A stretch of DNA of 64,000 nucleotides from a virus (taxonomy: Duplodnaviria > Caudoviricetes). The position numbers were made by a program, and so were the translations under genes. Shown here in pieces: positions 37,610-46,918 of the stretch (positions are counted from its first letter, which is position 1; every line of letters begins with the position of its first letter). The notes beneath the pieces were generated by a model. The model did not search any database. It saw nothing but the letters and a program-made list of their open reading frames with translations, and was not told where the DNA came from. The stretch spans positions 45,284 to 109,283 of IMG/VR virus record IMGVR_UViG_3300037067_017859, one strand, 5' to 3'.

Positions 37610-38398
37610 TTAAGCTATTCTGATTGCTAATGTAAGGCCGTATCTAGACGTCATCCCACTGACCAAAAATGTCCCTAGAGTACTCCCATCAATCGGAATC
37701 TTAATTTTGGAATAACTATTAAATCTAGCCGTAACAAGCACTGATTGATAAGTTCTTCCGCAATATGCCATTGTGACCGTGGCGGTAGTACAGAAAACTT
37801 CTCTCGGGTGGAACATGTAATTTCCTGCTTTGGTATATATTAATGCACCACCTATGCCACTATTTTCATACTGTATAATTCTGGTTGTATTGGAAGCCGA
37901 ACCCGAACCATACATATTGAGATAGTGTGGGCCATCACCGTTAACCGTCCCGCCGTTAGCTCTCGTACCTCCACCGTAAGCCCATTTAGTGTGAGCATCC
38001 TGAGCTTCGGGAGAAAGATCAAGGATCCCTCCACATAAAAATTCACCTGTCCCGTTCGGCAACTGAAATTCTATGTGAACATGAAACTGCCCAGTAAAAA
38101 TATGCGCAAGATTGTTTACGCCTGCCGTAACATCAATCCGAGCTTCTCTTTGTAGAAGGGATTGTCCAAGTTGATCAAATACTTCAAGGCTAAGAGTTTG
38201 AGCACTTTCTCGGAGGAAATTGGCTGTAATAAATCTTCCAACGGCATCAACCGGACTTGTATATGAATTCCCCGTATTATCAGTCCACCCAGAGGCTACA
38301 AGTTCGGTTCCAATGGCCGTAAGCGCTGCCGCCACGTCGACTCCCGTAGGGGTACATAAATATCTGTAACTTGATCCTAAGTAATTAGGCACTGCCAT
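37610..38398 (-). CDS. tail appendage protein, paralog B
   Basis: beta-rich, Gly/Thr-rich; similar to 38400..39179. Confidence 0.65.
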   Translation of the reverse strand: MAVPNYLGSSYRYLCTPTGVDVAAALTAIGTELVASGWTDNTGNSYTSPVDAVGRFITANFLRESAQTLSLEVFDQLGQSLLQREARIDVTAGVNNLAHIFTGQFHVHIEFQLPNGTGEFLCGGILDLSPEAQDAHTKWAYGGGTRANGGTVNGDGPHYLNMYGSGSASNTTRIIQYENSGIGGALIYTKAGNYMFHPREVFCTTATVTMAYCGRTYQSVLVTARFNSYSKIKIPIDGSTLGTFLVSGMTSRYGLTLAIRIA

Positions 38399-38399
38399 A

Positions 38400-39179
38400 T
38401 TATGCCTTTCTTATAGCTATTCTTCTGGAACTCAGGGAGACAAAAGTGCAAACTTGGAAGACAGCCGTTACCCCACTATCAATGGTTAAGGTATATTCTG
38501 CGCCCCAAGCCAAACCCGAATCTAAGATAACAACTTGAGGAACACGTCCAAGATAAAAGTCGGAATCATCCGCAAAATCAAAAGGAGTGAATATTAAAGC
38601 TCCAGATGGACTTATAAGATGAGTGGTAACGCCATATGGGTCTCTATTAATTATGAAACCATTAGCGCCATAAGTTCTTGTCTGTGCCGGGCATGAATAC
38701 CATAAGTTCCAATATCTGTTGGTAGCTCCTCCCGCTGCTGTTAGCGGACCAGTGGTGCAAACAAAATTGGGGTTAACATTCCCGGGAGTTTCCGGCCAAT
38801 CCCTTAATCGGCAACACATAAAAGCAGTTGGCGTAGCAGTGCCCGACTCGACATAGACGTAATCCGGGCCACTGGCGATTATCACATTAACCCCACCCGC
38901 ATCAATCACCTGCCTTGGGTTATAAACCAGAATGCCAGTCCAATCGTTCACGGTATATTGAATTTCCGTCGCAGAAAGCCTCGCTACCGTCAATGTAAAA
39001 AAAGTGCCATCGACGCCAACCTCACTCTTAAAGGGACCTACCCCTGTTCCGCCTGTGTCCGTCCATGTTCCATTTGTGACCAATTCGGTATTTAATCCTG
39101 CGATAATGGTGTTCACATCCGTCACTGCCGCGAGAGTGGTGAATCTGAATGCGCTTGATAGAAAATCTGGTACGGCCAT
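38400..39179 (-). CDS. tail appendage protein, paralog A
   Basis: MAVPDFLSSAFRF versus MAVPNYLGSSYRY; TELV..GWTD; ends IAIRKA versus LAIRIA. Confidence 0.65.
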   Translation of the reverse strand: MAVPDFLSSAFRFTTLAAVTDVNTIIAGLNTELVTNGTWTDTGGTGVGPFKSEVGVDGTFFTLTVARLSATEIQYTVNDWTGILVYNPRQVIDAGGVNVIIASGPDYVYVESGTATPTAFMCCRLRDWPETPGNVNPNFVCTTGPLTAAGGATNRYWNLWYSCPAQTRTYGANGFIINRDPYGVTTHLISPSGALIFTPFDFADDSDFYLGRVPQVVILDSGLAWGAEYTLTIDSGVTAVFQVCTFVSLSSRRIAIRKA

Positions 39180-39180
39180 A

Positions 39181-40578
39181 TTAAACTCCGTAAATATTTG
39201 TCAAAACTCCAGTTATCACATATTTATCCTGGACACTGTTGTAAACCAGTTGGATCATATCGACAGCAGTAGGAGTTGTCGTCAAAATGATAGTAGGAAC
39301 ATTTGAAGGTTTAATAATCTTATTCCCGAAAGAAATCGTCCTGCCTCCCGTGCCATCTTGCGCTAATTCAATCCGCAAAATCTGTCCATCATAAGCTCCT
39401 GTTGGGTTTCCTAAAGTTCTATTTCCTCCAAGAGTTACTCTGAAATGATTCCCGAGGGTAGCGTCAGTAGCAATTATGGCTGCGTCAGACAAAGTTACGA
39501 CTTTCGGCCCCAATTGCCCATCCATCGCCCTGTTCCCGCTAATAGGAAGATATTGAGTATGGTCATCAGCCGGCGCGACCAGATTAGATAATTGAGAATG
39601 ATCGGTCGTTCCGATGGATTGGATATCGTGGCAATTTACTAAAATGGCTCCTTGGGTGGCGTGTTTGTACTCAACCGTAGCCACCAATTGCGCAAAAAGA
39701 GGGAAGCCGGGCTTGACGTTCGTCAATTCTCCCGCAGTTGTGGAACTGACATACAGAGAATCTCCTTCATTCCACATAGTCGTGTCAAATCCTGCCAGCC
39801 GGCCCGTTACCATAAGTCTAGTGAAATTGTTATCATTTACGGCGGCAGTCGTAACTCCTATAGCCTGCATGGTAGTCAATGAATCGGATTTTGCCGGAGA
39901 AAAATTGGGTTTCTGTCCGGTTGAACCAGTAAAATAAACAGCCTTAGCCTTGCCAATGGGGGAGCCACTCGTATTACGAGCTATTCTGAAGGTATCCTGC
40001 AAAAGTCTGCCTGTGAGCCCGGTAGGATCCATGGCCTCCATTGCATTTATTCCGGCGTCGGTAGCCGCATAAATTCGAAGATGCCCGGCAGCCGGGGCGC
40101 TAGGCGCTGCGCCACCTTCGTAATCGGTATAGAGAGTATGCATATTAGCTGCGTCTAGGATGGCTTCCGGACTTGGTTCAGCGATGCCTATCTTGCCGGC
40201 ATTTTCATAGATAATTGAATCTCCTATAGTGTCTGCGGCTGTAAACTTGGAGATTCTTCCAATCGTGCCGCTGCCCCCAATAAATCCCGTATGACCACTG
40301 GAAGCAAAATCAAGGTTACTTAAAGTTGGATGAGAATGAGTGTGCGCGGTCGGAGCGAATCCCGTATGCCCTGAAGTCGCATAAGACAAATGCGTTAATG
40401 CAGCATGGTCAGATGTACCACCCCCGCTACCAGAACTCTGGAGAGTAGCCACAGCTTTAGCAGTCGAACCTATCCCATTCTGGATTTGGCGCAGAATAAA
40501 ATTGAGTTTTTCATGTTTTGCGCGGTCATCCAGTCCAGAATCAATCTGATATATCTTTGGTTCGCTTGATTCGGTCAT
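39181..40578 (-). CDS. tail fibre protein
   Basis: His repeats DHAALTHL..SGHTGF, HPTLSNL..SGHTGF, DHSQLSNL..DDHTQY; C-terminal VTLGGNRTLGNPT...QDGTGGRT. Confidence 0.75.
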   Translation of the reverse strand: MTESSEPKIYQIDSGLDDRAKHEKLNFILRQIQNGIGSTAKAVATLQSSGSGGGTSDHAALTHLSYATSGHTGFAPTAHTHSHPTLSNLDFASSGHTGFIGGSGTIGRISKFTAADTIGDSIIYENAGKIGIAEPSPEAILDAANMHTLYTDYEGGAAPSAPAAGHLRIYAATDAGINAMEAMDPTGLTGRLLQDTFRIARNTSGSPIGKAKAVYFTGSTGQKPNFSPAKSDSLTTMQAIGVTTAAVNDNNFTRLMVTGRLAGFDTTMWNEGDSLYVSSTTAGELTNVKPGFPLFAQLVATVEYKHATQGAILVNCHDIQSIGTTDHSQLSNLVAPADDHTQYLPISGNRAMDGQLGPKVVTLSDAAIIATDATLGNHFRVTLGGNRTLGNPTGAYDGQILRIELAQDGTGGRTISFGNKIIKPSNVPTIILTTTPTAVDMIQLVYNSVQDKYVITGVLTNIYGV

Positions 40579-40581
40579 GGT

Positions 40582-43500
40582 CTAAAAACTCTGAGGGGGA
40601 ACAAGTTTTATTCTGGCGTATCCATCTTCCCCATTCATGGTTTTGATTTCGACTTCGCTCTTTTCCCAATAAAGCTGGAAGGCAAAGGATGATGTGAAAA
40701 TAAGTCTAAAAAGTCTTCCGCGAATGGCGCTCTCCAGATCTACTCGTATTTTGGAATGTCCTGTTGCTCTTCGATCTGCCACGATAGTTTTTGTCGAAGC
40801 CAGGACATCATCAGCATAGAGTTCCATCGTTACATCAGAATCCGGATTTTTCATGGCAATCCAGAAACGACGAATTATCTTTGTCCGATCGTAATTCATC
40901 AACTGTTCGTAAGTATCCGAAAAGGTCACATCGGCCGGATCCTTATCGATTACAAACCTCGCGCTATAAACTCTGACTCCTTGTGGCAGACAACAGAAAG
41001 GATCGAGGTAATCTTCGTCGACGGTGAGGCGTCCAAGTTTTCCGAAGGAATCCTTCTCAATAGAATGAGTCACCAATTGCCTGGTCGCACATTGAACGTC
41101 GAAGCTTTCCTTGATTGCGCCATCAAGCCAGAAGTCAAAGGTTATAGGTACATTGTTGGTATCGATATCCAGGACTACTTCTTTCCATAGCTTTGGATAA
41201 GGCCATTGTTCTTCTGACCAGGGCATCTGGAAACTATTAATCAGCGCCGGCTCTTCGATCACAGTAAATTTGTGGGCATAAACCTTAACTTCATTTTCTC
41301 CGGTCGGAACAATTTTCAATCTAACCAGAGTTCCTCTGATATCAGGAGGAAGCCCATAAAAGAATCTTTGCCGGCCCGTACTGGTTGTGTTTGCCCGGAT
41401 CGTAGTGGCTAAAGCTTGATCGACCTGAACCTGGATCTCCTCGAGAGGGGCTCCAAAGGTATCCAATTCAATCATCAATTCTCTGAAATATTTTTGAGTC
41501 GGGACACCGCAATCATCCCACTGTGTAACAAAGGTTCGGTGTCGAATTGGCTCAATCAATATCCGGTGAATGATCTTGTAGAATCTGGTTAGACCTGTGG
41601 CCGTTATTAAGGTCGTCGCCATCATCCTGATACGGGTTCTCCGGCAGAATTTACCTTCTGACACACCGACAAGAATTGGAAGGATCTTTTGCTCTCTCCC
41701 CGAAGTGATTACGCTGCCCATCGGATCTGGTTCAGCGCCGTCGAAAGAAAGCTGGACTGCAATTGCGTATCCCTGAGTATCCACGTCAAAGACATAATCT
41801 ATAAATTGCTTTTCTTGGTCGGGCATGCCAAGGTCATAATCTTTGGTATCCACAACCCAAGATATTCCCTGAGCGCCGTCTGCGCAGTAATCGACAAAAC
41901 CCTCCTCGAGTTGAAGAGGCCAATTACCGCCATAAAGATAGGAGACAGGTCCATCGAGGATGGAGGCCCCCATCGCCACATTGCAACCGACTAGAATGTT
42001 AGTATTGGGTTCACTAAATAGACATTGAGCGCCGTATCCATAAAAATGCCAGCGTTCATAGAGCATGTCCCAAACGTACATTCCATCATTTTTAATTGAG
42101 GTATCAGAGGACATTGGGAAACTGAAATACATCTTTGAATCCCAAAAGGCCATTGCAGCAAGGTATTCCCGGCCTTTTATCATCCCTGGCATGCTATTCA
42201 TGGTCTCATTTTTAAAGACCTGGTTTATGGGTTCGCTAATTTTACGACCAGATGGAAACTCATAAATTCCATCATATGCCTGCATATAAAGTCCGCGAGT
42301 CCCCCGCGCCAGGCCATGAGGATTGATCAAACCTTGGTTGACGGCTGTCGACGGCGCCGAATAATCGCTAAGGGTGGAACCTGTGATTCTATAGACTCGA
42401 GTCAGAGTAAAAACAAAGAGTTCTCCGTCATGTTCCATTACTCTTTGAATTTGCTCTGATCCGGCGCCAACATAGATATAATTCTCAGCCGGGAAGAGTT
42501 CTATTCTAACCCTCTTTGAAAATCTCAAACGATTAGGCGGCTCAGGGATTACATTTCCATCGGAATCTGTATAAGTTCCGCCCCATGTCCAAAGTCGATT
42601 ATCGTAAACCTCAATTCCCAATACGTTGTCTACAGGCAACTGGTTATCCAGTTCTGCGGGATCTCCTAATTCAGAATCAGGAATATTGTCTAAGAAGGCC
42701 GCCGGCGTTCCTCCTGAAACATAGTCTATCTCCGCAACGAATTGGAATTGCGTAATAGTGCCGCCCATCCTATATATTCTGATTTTGTCCGGATTTGCCA
42801 ATGGAGGAGTGGTGAACGGAGAAGGCGGAAAATACAAATTCACCTGTTCGTCGGTCAGGGGCCCGAGATTGTTAATAAATATATCAGACAGATCACTTTC
42901 GGTATCCGTCTTGCTGTCATAATAAGTGTAGGCCCATTGAAGATCGCTCCCGATTAATTTGCCAGTGGGAGAATAAGTTACACTATCGAAACTGACACTG
43001 TTGGTTTTCCCGCCTGTGGCTGGATCAATGTTGTCAATTTCAAGGCTGATCCCGCTAATCGTGTTCCATCCGAGGGCTGATTGAGTTTCCCCGCTATTAT
43101 TCTGAAAAACAAAATCAGTTTTAGCAATTTGAATTTCTGTCCAAGTGCCAACAACGAAGGTGTCAAAATCTGAAAATGTTCCCGTAGCGAAATACTGATA
43201 GTTTGATCCTGTATCTCCCGGGATATCGCTAACAACCAGAATGATTTTAATCGCCGCAGCATTGGCAATTGCCTCAGCACTGTTAAACTTCACCCAAACT
43301 TTTATATATTCTCCGGGGTCGGACGATCCCATATCAACGATGATGAAATTGCCATATTCATTGGTAAAAGCTTTTGTCGCTCTTCCCATGACTCCATCTC
43401 CGGTAATGTCTATCTGAATAGCATTCCCGGTTTTCCCGACCGCATCATTAGAAACGGTCCCTTTATTGCACAGAGGAACACCCAAAGAAGAAGGGTCAAT

Positions 43501-44880
43501 CCCTTCAGAGGGCTCGTCGTAAATGTCGGTTAGAGCCATCGGAGCGGCGTTTACCAATCTCAGGTTATCCGGATCCGTACCAACATAAAGATTCCAGGAA
43601 ACTGCGCCTACGGGAGCCGTGTCGGCTGCATCGTAAGTGTTGACAACATAAGCCAATCCAATTTTATCAATATACCTATGAGCGCGTCCCTTAAACCCCA
43701 TGAGAAGATGAGAAGCAGTAGCAGTCCCGGCCGGAACGTCTATGCTATAGGCGGTTGTCGTTATGGCGCCAGCACCGGAACCACCGTAGGAAACGGTTCT
43801 TTTATTGGTCGTGAGGATCATGGAATAGACGTAAGTTCCGGACAGGAAAACCCCATATCCTCCATGGATATTTGTTATATATTCATCGATATCCAGCGTA
43901 AGAGTGCTAACCGATCCTCCCTCGCCGCCATGCTGACCACCGTGCGCTGGACCATCAGTGATCGTACCATCCGGAGATTGATACACCAATTGAACCATGT
44001 CGATGTAATCACCCGCCAGGACTTTGATCTGATAAACCCTGGATCCGGCAGGAAACATCGTCAGATCATCAGTAAAGGCGTCTCCTCCAGCGCCGCCATA
44101 TTCAGAAGTATAGGCCATGGTAATGTCAGGCTTTTTCCAGAAAATTCGTGCGGATTTTTCTGGTGGAATCCAGACGTAAGGATTAGATATTCCGCTCGGA
44201 CAGCTTTCAACTGCGCTGCCATCAATAAAAGTATGTTTGGCGTAATACCATCGAGGTCCTAAAACTCCAGGACTATTTCCCCACCAAATCGTAGGACAAT
44301 AAGGCGCTGCGACTGCGGCGGCGTCTCCACCTGTCCATTTGGTGTAATCTTCGCAGGCTTCAATTACCGTATCTGTAGTTGGGACAACAGCTATCGATTC
44401 CAGAGGTTTTTCTGGTCGAGGGATTCCAATTCTTCTTAAAGCGTCGGCATTCCCTGAATGCTTCAAGAAAACAGTCCCATCCGCCATAATCATGTAGGGT
44501 TTTGTTTCTATGCCGCTCAAGGTATAGTTAGCAAAGAACGCCCGTGGGTCCACCCCAGTAGATAAATTAGAACCGCCTGATACTGGTACAAAATCTGATG
44601 GGATTGGAGAAACTTGAGCGATATATAATTGCCCACCGGCAATCACATATCGCCAAACATTTCCGTCATAATCTTTCATTAAGTAAGACGAACAAGGGAT
44701 TGAGGTCAAACCTGCATTTAAACGAGCGAAACCTTTTCTCACTGCAAGGGAATTCTCACGATCAGTGAAAACATTCACAAGCGCGGTGTAGGCGTCAATC
44801 GGAATCTCATCCGGAGCAGCCTTTAGAATAATGCCTTTATTGGCAAAAGTTATAGGGATACTCTTAATTTCCTCAGCCAT
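40582..44880 (-). CDS. tail nozzle/hub protein (P22 gp10 or tubular-B-like) with jacalin-like lectin insertion
   Basis: 1432 aa; N-terminal LVNV...LAVRKG; NRLW...RLRFS propeller segments; repeated C-terminal modules. Confidence 0.7.
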   Translation of the reverse strand: MAEEIKSIPITFANKGIILKAAPDEIPIDAYTALVNVFTDRENSLAVRKGFARLNAGLTSIPCSSYLMKDYDGNVWRYVIAGGQLYIAQVSPIPSDFVPVSGGSNLSTGVDPRAFFANYTLSGIETKPYMIMADGTVFLKHSGNADALRRIGIPRPEKPLESIAVVPTTDTVIEACEDYTKWTGGDAAAVAAPYCPTIWWGNSPGVLGPRWYYAKHTFIDGSAVESCPSGISNPYVWIPPEKSARIFWKKPDITMAYTSEYGGAGGDAFTDDLTMFPAGSRVYQIKVLAGDYIDMVQLVYQSPDGTITDGPAHGGQHGGEGGSVSTLTLDIDEYITNIHGGYGVFLSGTYVYSMILTTNKRTVSYGGSGAGAITTTAYSIDVPAGTATASHLLMGFKGRAHRYIDKIGLAYVVNTYDAADTAPVGAVSWNLYVGTDPDNLRLVNAAPMALTDIYDEPSEGIDPSSLGVPLCNKGTVSNDAVGKTGNAIQIDITGDGVMGRATKAFTNEYGNFIIVDMGSSDPGEYIKVWVKFNSAEAIANAAAIKIILVVSDIPGDTGSNYQYFATGTFSDFDTFVVGTWTEIQIAKTDFVFQNNSGETQSALGWNTISGISLEIDNIDPATGGKTNSVSFDSVTYSPTGKLIGSDLQWAYTYYDSKTDTESDLSDIFINNLGPLTDEQVNLYFPPSPFTTPPLANPDKIRIYRMGGTITQFQFVAEIDYVSGGTPAAFLDNIPDSELGDPAELDNQLPVDNVLGIEVYDNRLWTWGGTYTDSDGNVIPEPPNRLRFSKRVRIELFPAENYIYVGAGSEQIQRVMEHDGELFVFTLTRVYRITGSTLSDYSAPSTAVNQGLINPHGLARGTRGLYMQAYDGIYEFPSGRKISEPINQVFKNETMNSMPGMIKGREYLAAMAFWDSKMYFSFPMSSDTSIKNDGMYVWDMLYERWHFYGYGAQCLFSEPNTNILVGCNVAMGASILDGPVSYLYGGNWPLQLEEGFVDYCADGAQGISWVVDTKDYDLGMPDQEKQFIDYVFDVDTQGYAIAVQLSFDGAEPDPMGSVITSGREQKILPILVGVSEGKFCRRTRIRMMATTLITATGLTRFYKIIHRILIEPIRHRTFVTQWDDCGVPTQKYFRELMIELDTFGAPLEEIQVQVDQALATTIRANTTSTGRQRFFYGLPPDIRGTLVRLKIVPTGENEVKVYAHKFTVIEEPALINSFQMPWSEEQWPYPKLWKEVVLDIDTNNVPITFDFWLDGAIKESFDVQCATRQLVTHSIEKDSFGKLGRLTVDEDYLDPFCCLPQGVRVYSARFVIDKDPADVTFSDTYEQLMNYDRTKIIRRFWIAMKNPDSDVTMELYADDVLASTKTIVADRRATGHSKIRVDLESAIRGRLFRLIFTSSFAFQLYWEKSEVEIKTMNGEDGYARIKLVPPQSF

Positions 44881-44882
44881 AA

Positions 44883-45542
44883 TTAACCCGCCGCATTCAT
44901 TTGCAAGGCTGTTCCAAAAACCAACCTATTAGCCAGAGCAACTCCAAGCAGATATCTTTGCTGACAATATGCACTCCGGGCAATATCCTGCATGTCACCA
45001 TCTTTCCCGAGCGCCAGTGAAAGAACATTCCAACGAATATAGGGTTCCCAGGCATCTATAAAGGGGATGTCTTCCAAGTACCCGGCCGGATAAGCCACAT
45101 GCTCCACTGGAATAACCGTACAAAAGAATCTGAATGTTCCACCTGCTACCGGGCGCCGATCGACCTCGAGATCGTTCACATTCAAATGGTCCTCATGCCA
45201 ATAGCGCGGAGCTCCAGGAGAATTATTCCTCCAGTTTTGGTTTTCCCTGCTTAAATCCCAAGTCGTTTGCCGGCGCATTCTTTTTCCATTAAAACTAATT
45301 CTTTCAATATCCATTGCACCAGAGGGCTTTTGAAACAGTATGGCATTTCCAGCCGGTAGAATTATAGGGAGGTCTGAAACTACGATAGCAGTTCTCCGAA
45401 GGAAATCCTTCTCTGTGTAATTGATATAGCTAATCATTTCATCGGGGGTCCAGTAGGGCGCATGAGTCCCGAGCGCAAAAGTGTTATCTTTTTCGTGAAG
45501 ATCCTTTGCCACTTTAGATAAAACCTGGCCAACCGTTGTCAT
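44883..45542 (-). CDS. head-tail adaptor (tubular-A-like), paralog 3
   Basis: YWTPDEMISYINYTEKDF...PRYW...ALGKDGD. Confidence 0.65.
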   Translation of the reverse strand: MTTVGQVLSKVAKDLHEKDNTFALGTHAPYWTPDEMISYINYTEKDFLRRTAIVVSDLPIILPAGNAILFQKPSGAMDIERISFNGKRMRRQTTWDLSRENQNWRNNSPGAPRYWHEDHLNVNDLEVDRRPVAGGTFRFFCTVIPVEHVAYPAGYLEDIPFIDAWEPYIRWNVLSLALGKDGDMQDIARSAYCQQRYLLGVALANRLVFGTALQMNAAG

Positions 45543-46228
45543 TATGACTTGCTCCCCGGCGTAACATTCCCAATCATCGTAACCTCAGAAGATTTTGTTT
45601 CTGGCGCCACATCCCAAGATGGGTATCTTCTAATCACATTACGGCCACTTAATTCTTGAACTGCCGTAAGGAATCTTCCATAGAAAGCTTCCAATTGATT
45701 TAACTCCGGTCCTCCTTCACGAAACATTGCTCGATGCACCATGTAATCCTCAATCGCCGGTTCATACTCAGGACGAATTGAAAGAATCATAGATCCATCA
45801 GTGATTATTGGATGCTGGATCAATTCTTCAACCTGCATAAAGGTCGGATTTGTCAGAGGCCGGGGGGCAATAATAAATTTATTAGAACCAAGACCGCACC
45901 AGGTAGCGATATTCATTCTTACCGCCGAAGGACTCTCCCACTGAATTTCATTATCCAGATCTTCTATAAATTCCTTTTGAAGATATTTCCCGTTCACTCT
46001 TATCGCCAAAGGAGCAATGGCAGTTGACGAAATTGCATAGAGATTTACATTGACCTGGCTGGTGATTGATTCTGTTCCCTGAATTTCGGCAGATATGAGA
46101 TTCAGTTCATTGACCGCTTCTGTGAGATATTCGAGCATATCCGCTCGAGTCCAATGAACTGGATTCGTAATGCTCAATTCGGAAAGGCGCCGAATCGCCT
46201 GATCTATTATTTGACTTGTCGTTGCCAT
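45542..46228 (-). CDS. head-tail adaptor (tubular-A-like), paralog 2
   Basis: HWTRADMLEYLTEAVNEL...IAPRP...YEPAIEDYMVHRA. Confidence 0.65.
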   Translation of the reverse strand: MATTSQIIDQAIRRLSELSITNPVHWTRADMLEYLTEAVNELNLISAEIQGTESITSQVNVNLYAISSTAIAPLAIRVNGKYLQKEFIEDLDNEIQWESPSAVRMNIATWCGLGSNKFIIAPRPLTNPTFMQVEELIQHPIITDGSMILSIRPEYEPAIEDYMVHRAMFREGGPELNQLEAFYGRFLTAVQELSGRNVIRRYPSWDVAPETKSSEVTMIGNVTPGSKS

Positions 46229-46242
46229 TGGCGCTCACAGTG

Positions 46243-46599
46243 TTAAGTTGTCCTTGTTACTTCCGGCAACACGATCAGTCGACCGGATGCTATTGTGTAA
46301 ATATTCCCCTGAGAATCCTTGATCTGAGCATCCCAAACTAAAATCGTTTTTAAATTTGGCACCAGCAAGGTATCTGCGCTTGCAATCGTCACTTGAGCAA
46401 TACCTTGCGTTGGATTAGTGATAACGATCCCGCCATTTAATGTGGATTTCTGAAAAACGGCAGCCGCATCAAGATCTGAATATTGGTTTTTTGCCGTAAA
46501 CCATATAGAACTTCCAGTGAGATTATAAATAGATCCACCCGACGTAACCGCCAGGTTGAGTTTCACTGTATCGCTGCGGTATATCGTTAGATCTGACAT
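46243..46599 (-). CDS. BppU-like Ig-fold virion protein
   Basis: IYRSDT...YNLTGSSIWFTAK...WDAQI...TIASGRLIV.PEVTR. Confidence 0.65.
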   Translation of the reverse strand: MSDLTIYRSDTVKLNLAVTSGGSIYNLTGSSIWFTAKNQYSDLDAAAVFQKSTLNGGIVITNPTQGIAQVTIASADTLLVPNLKTILVWDAQIKDSQGNIYTIASGRLIVLPEVTRTT

Positions 46600-46606
46600 T
46601 TTAGCC

Positions 46607-46918
46607 TCATTGTGCGCATCTCACGATCGCTGTAGGGGAAGCAACTTGGGTTACAACAGCTTGCGGGACGCAGTAAAGATTAGTGGTCGAAGTGCATGTT
46701 ACAATCGCTCCCGCGCCACCTTGATCGTCAGGAGTGACTTGGATAATAAATCTTTGGAGAATAAAACCAATTTGATAGGTTGTCTCAATAGTGCTTTGAG
46801 TCCCTACGCCTATGACAAATGGCAGAGGCGAATTCCTATCCGTTTGACCTGTAGCAATCGGGTCTACTGGAAAAACTCTATTCGGATTAGGAATCGGGAA
46901 TATGCGGCCAATCGTCAT
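46607..46918 (-). CDS. hypothetical virion protein
   Basis: 103 aa; coupled to the upstream gene. Confidence 0.55.
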   Translation of the reverse strand: MTIGRIFPIPNPNRVFPVDPIATGQTDRNSPLPFVIGVGTQSTIETTYQIGFILQRFIIQVTPDDQGGAGAIVTCTSTTNLYCVPQAVVTQVASPTAIVRCAQ

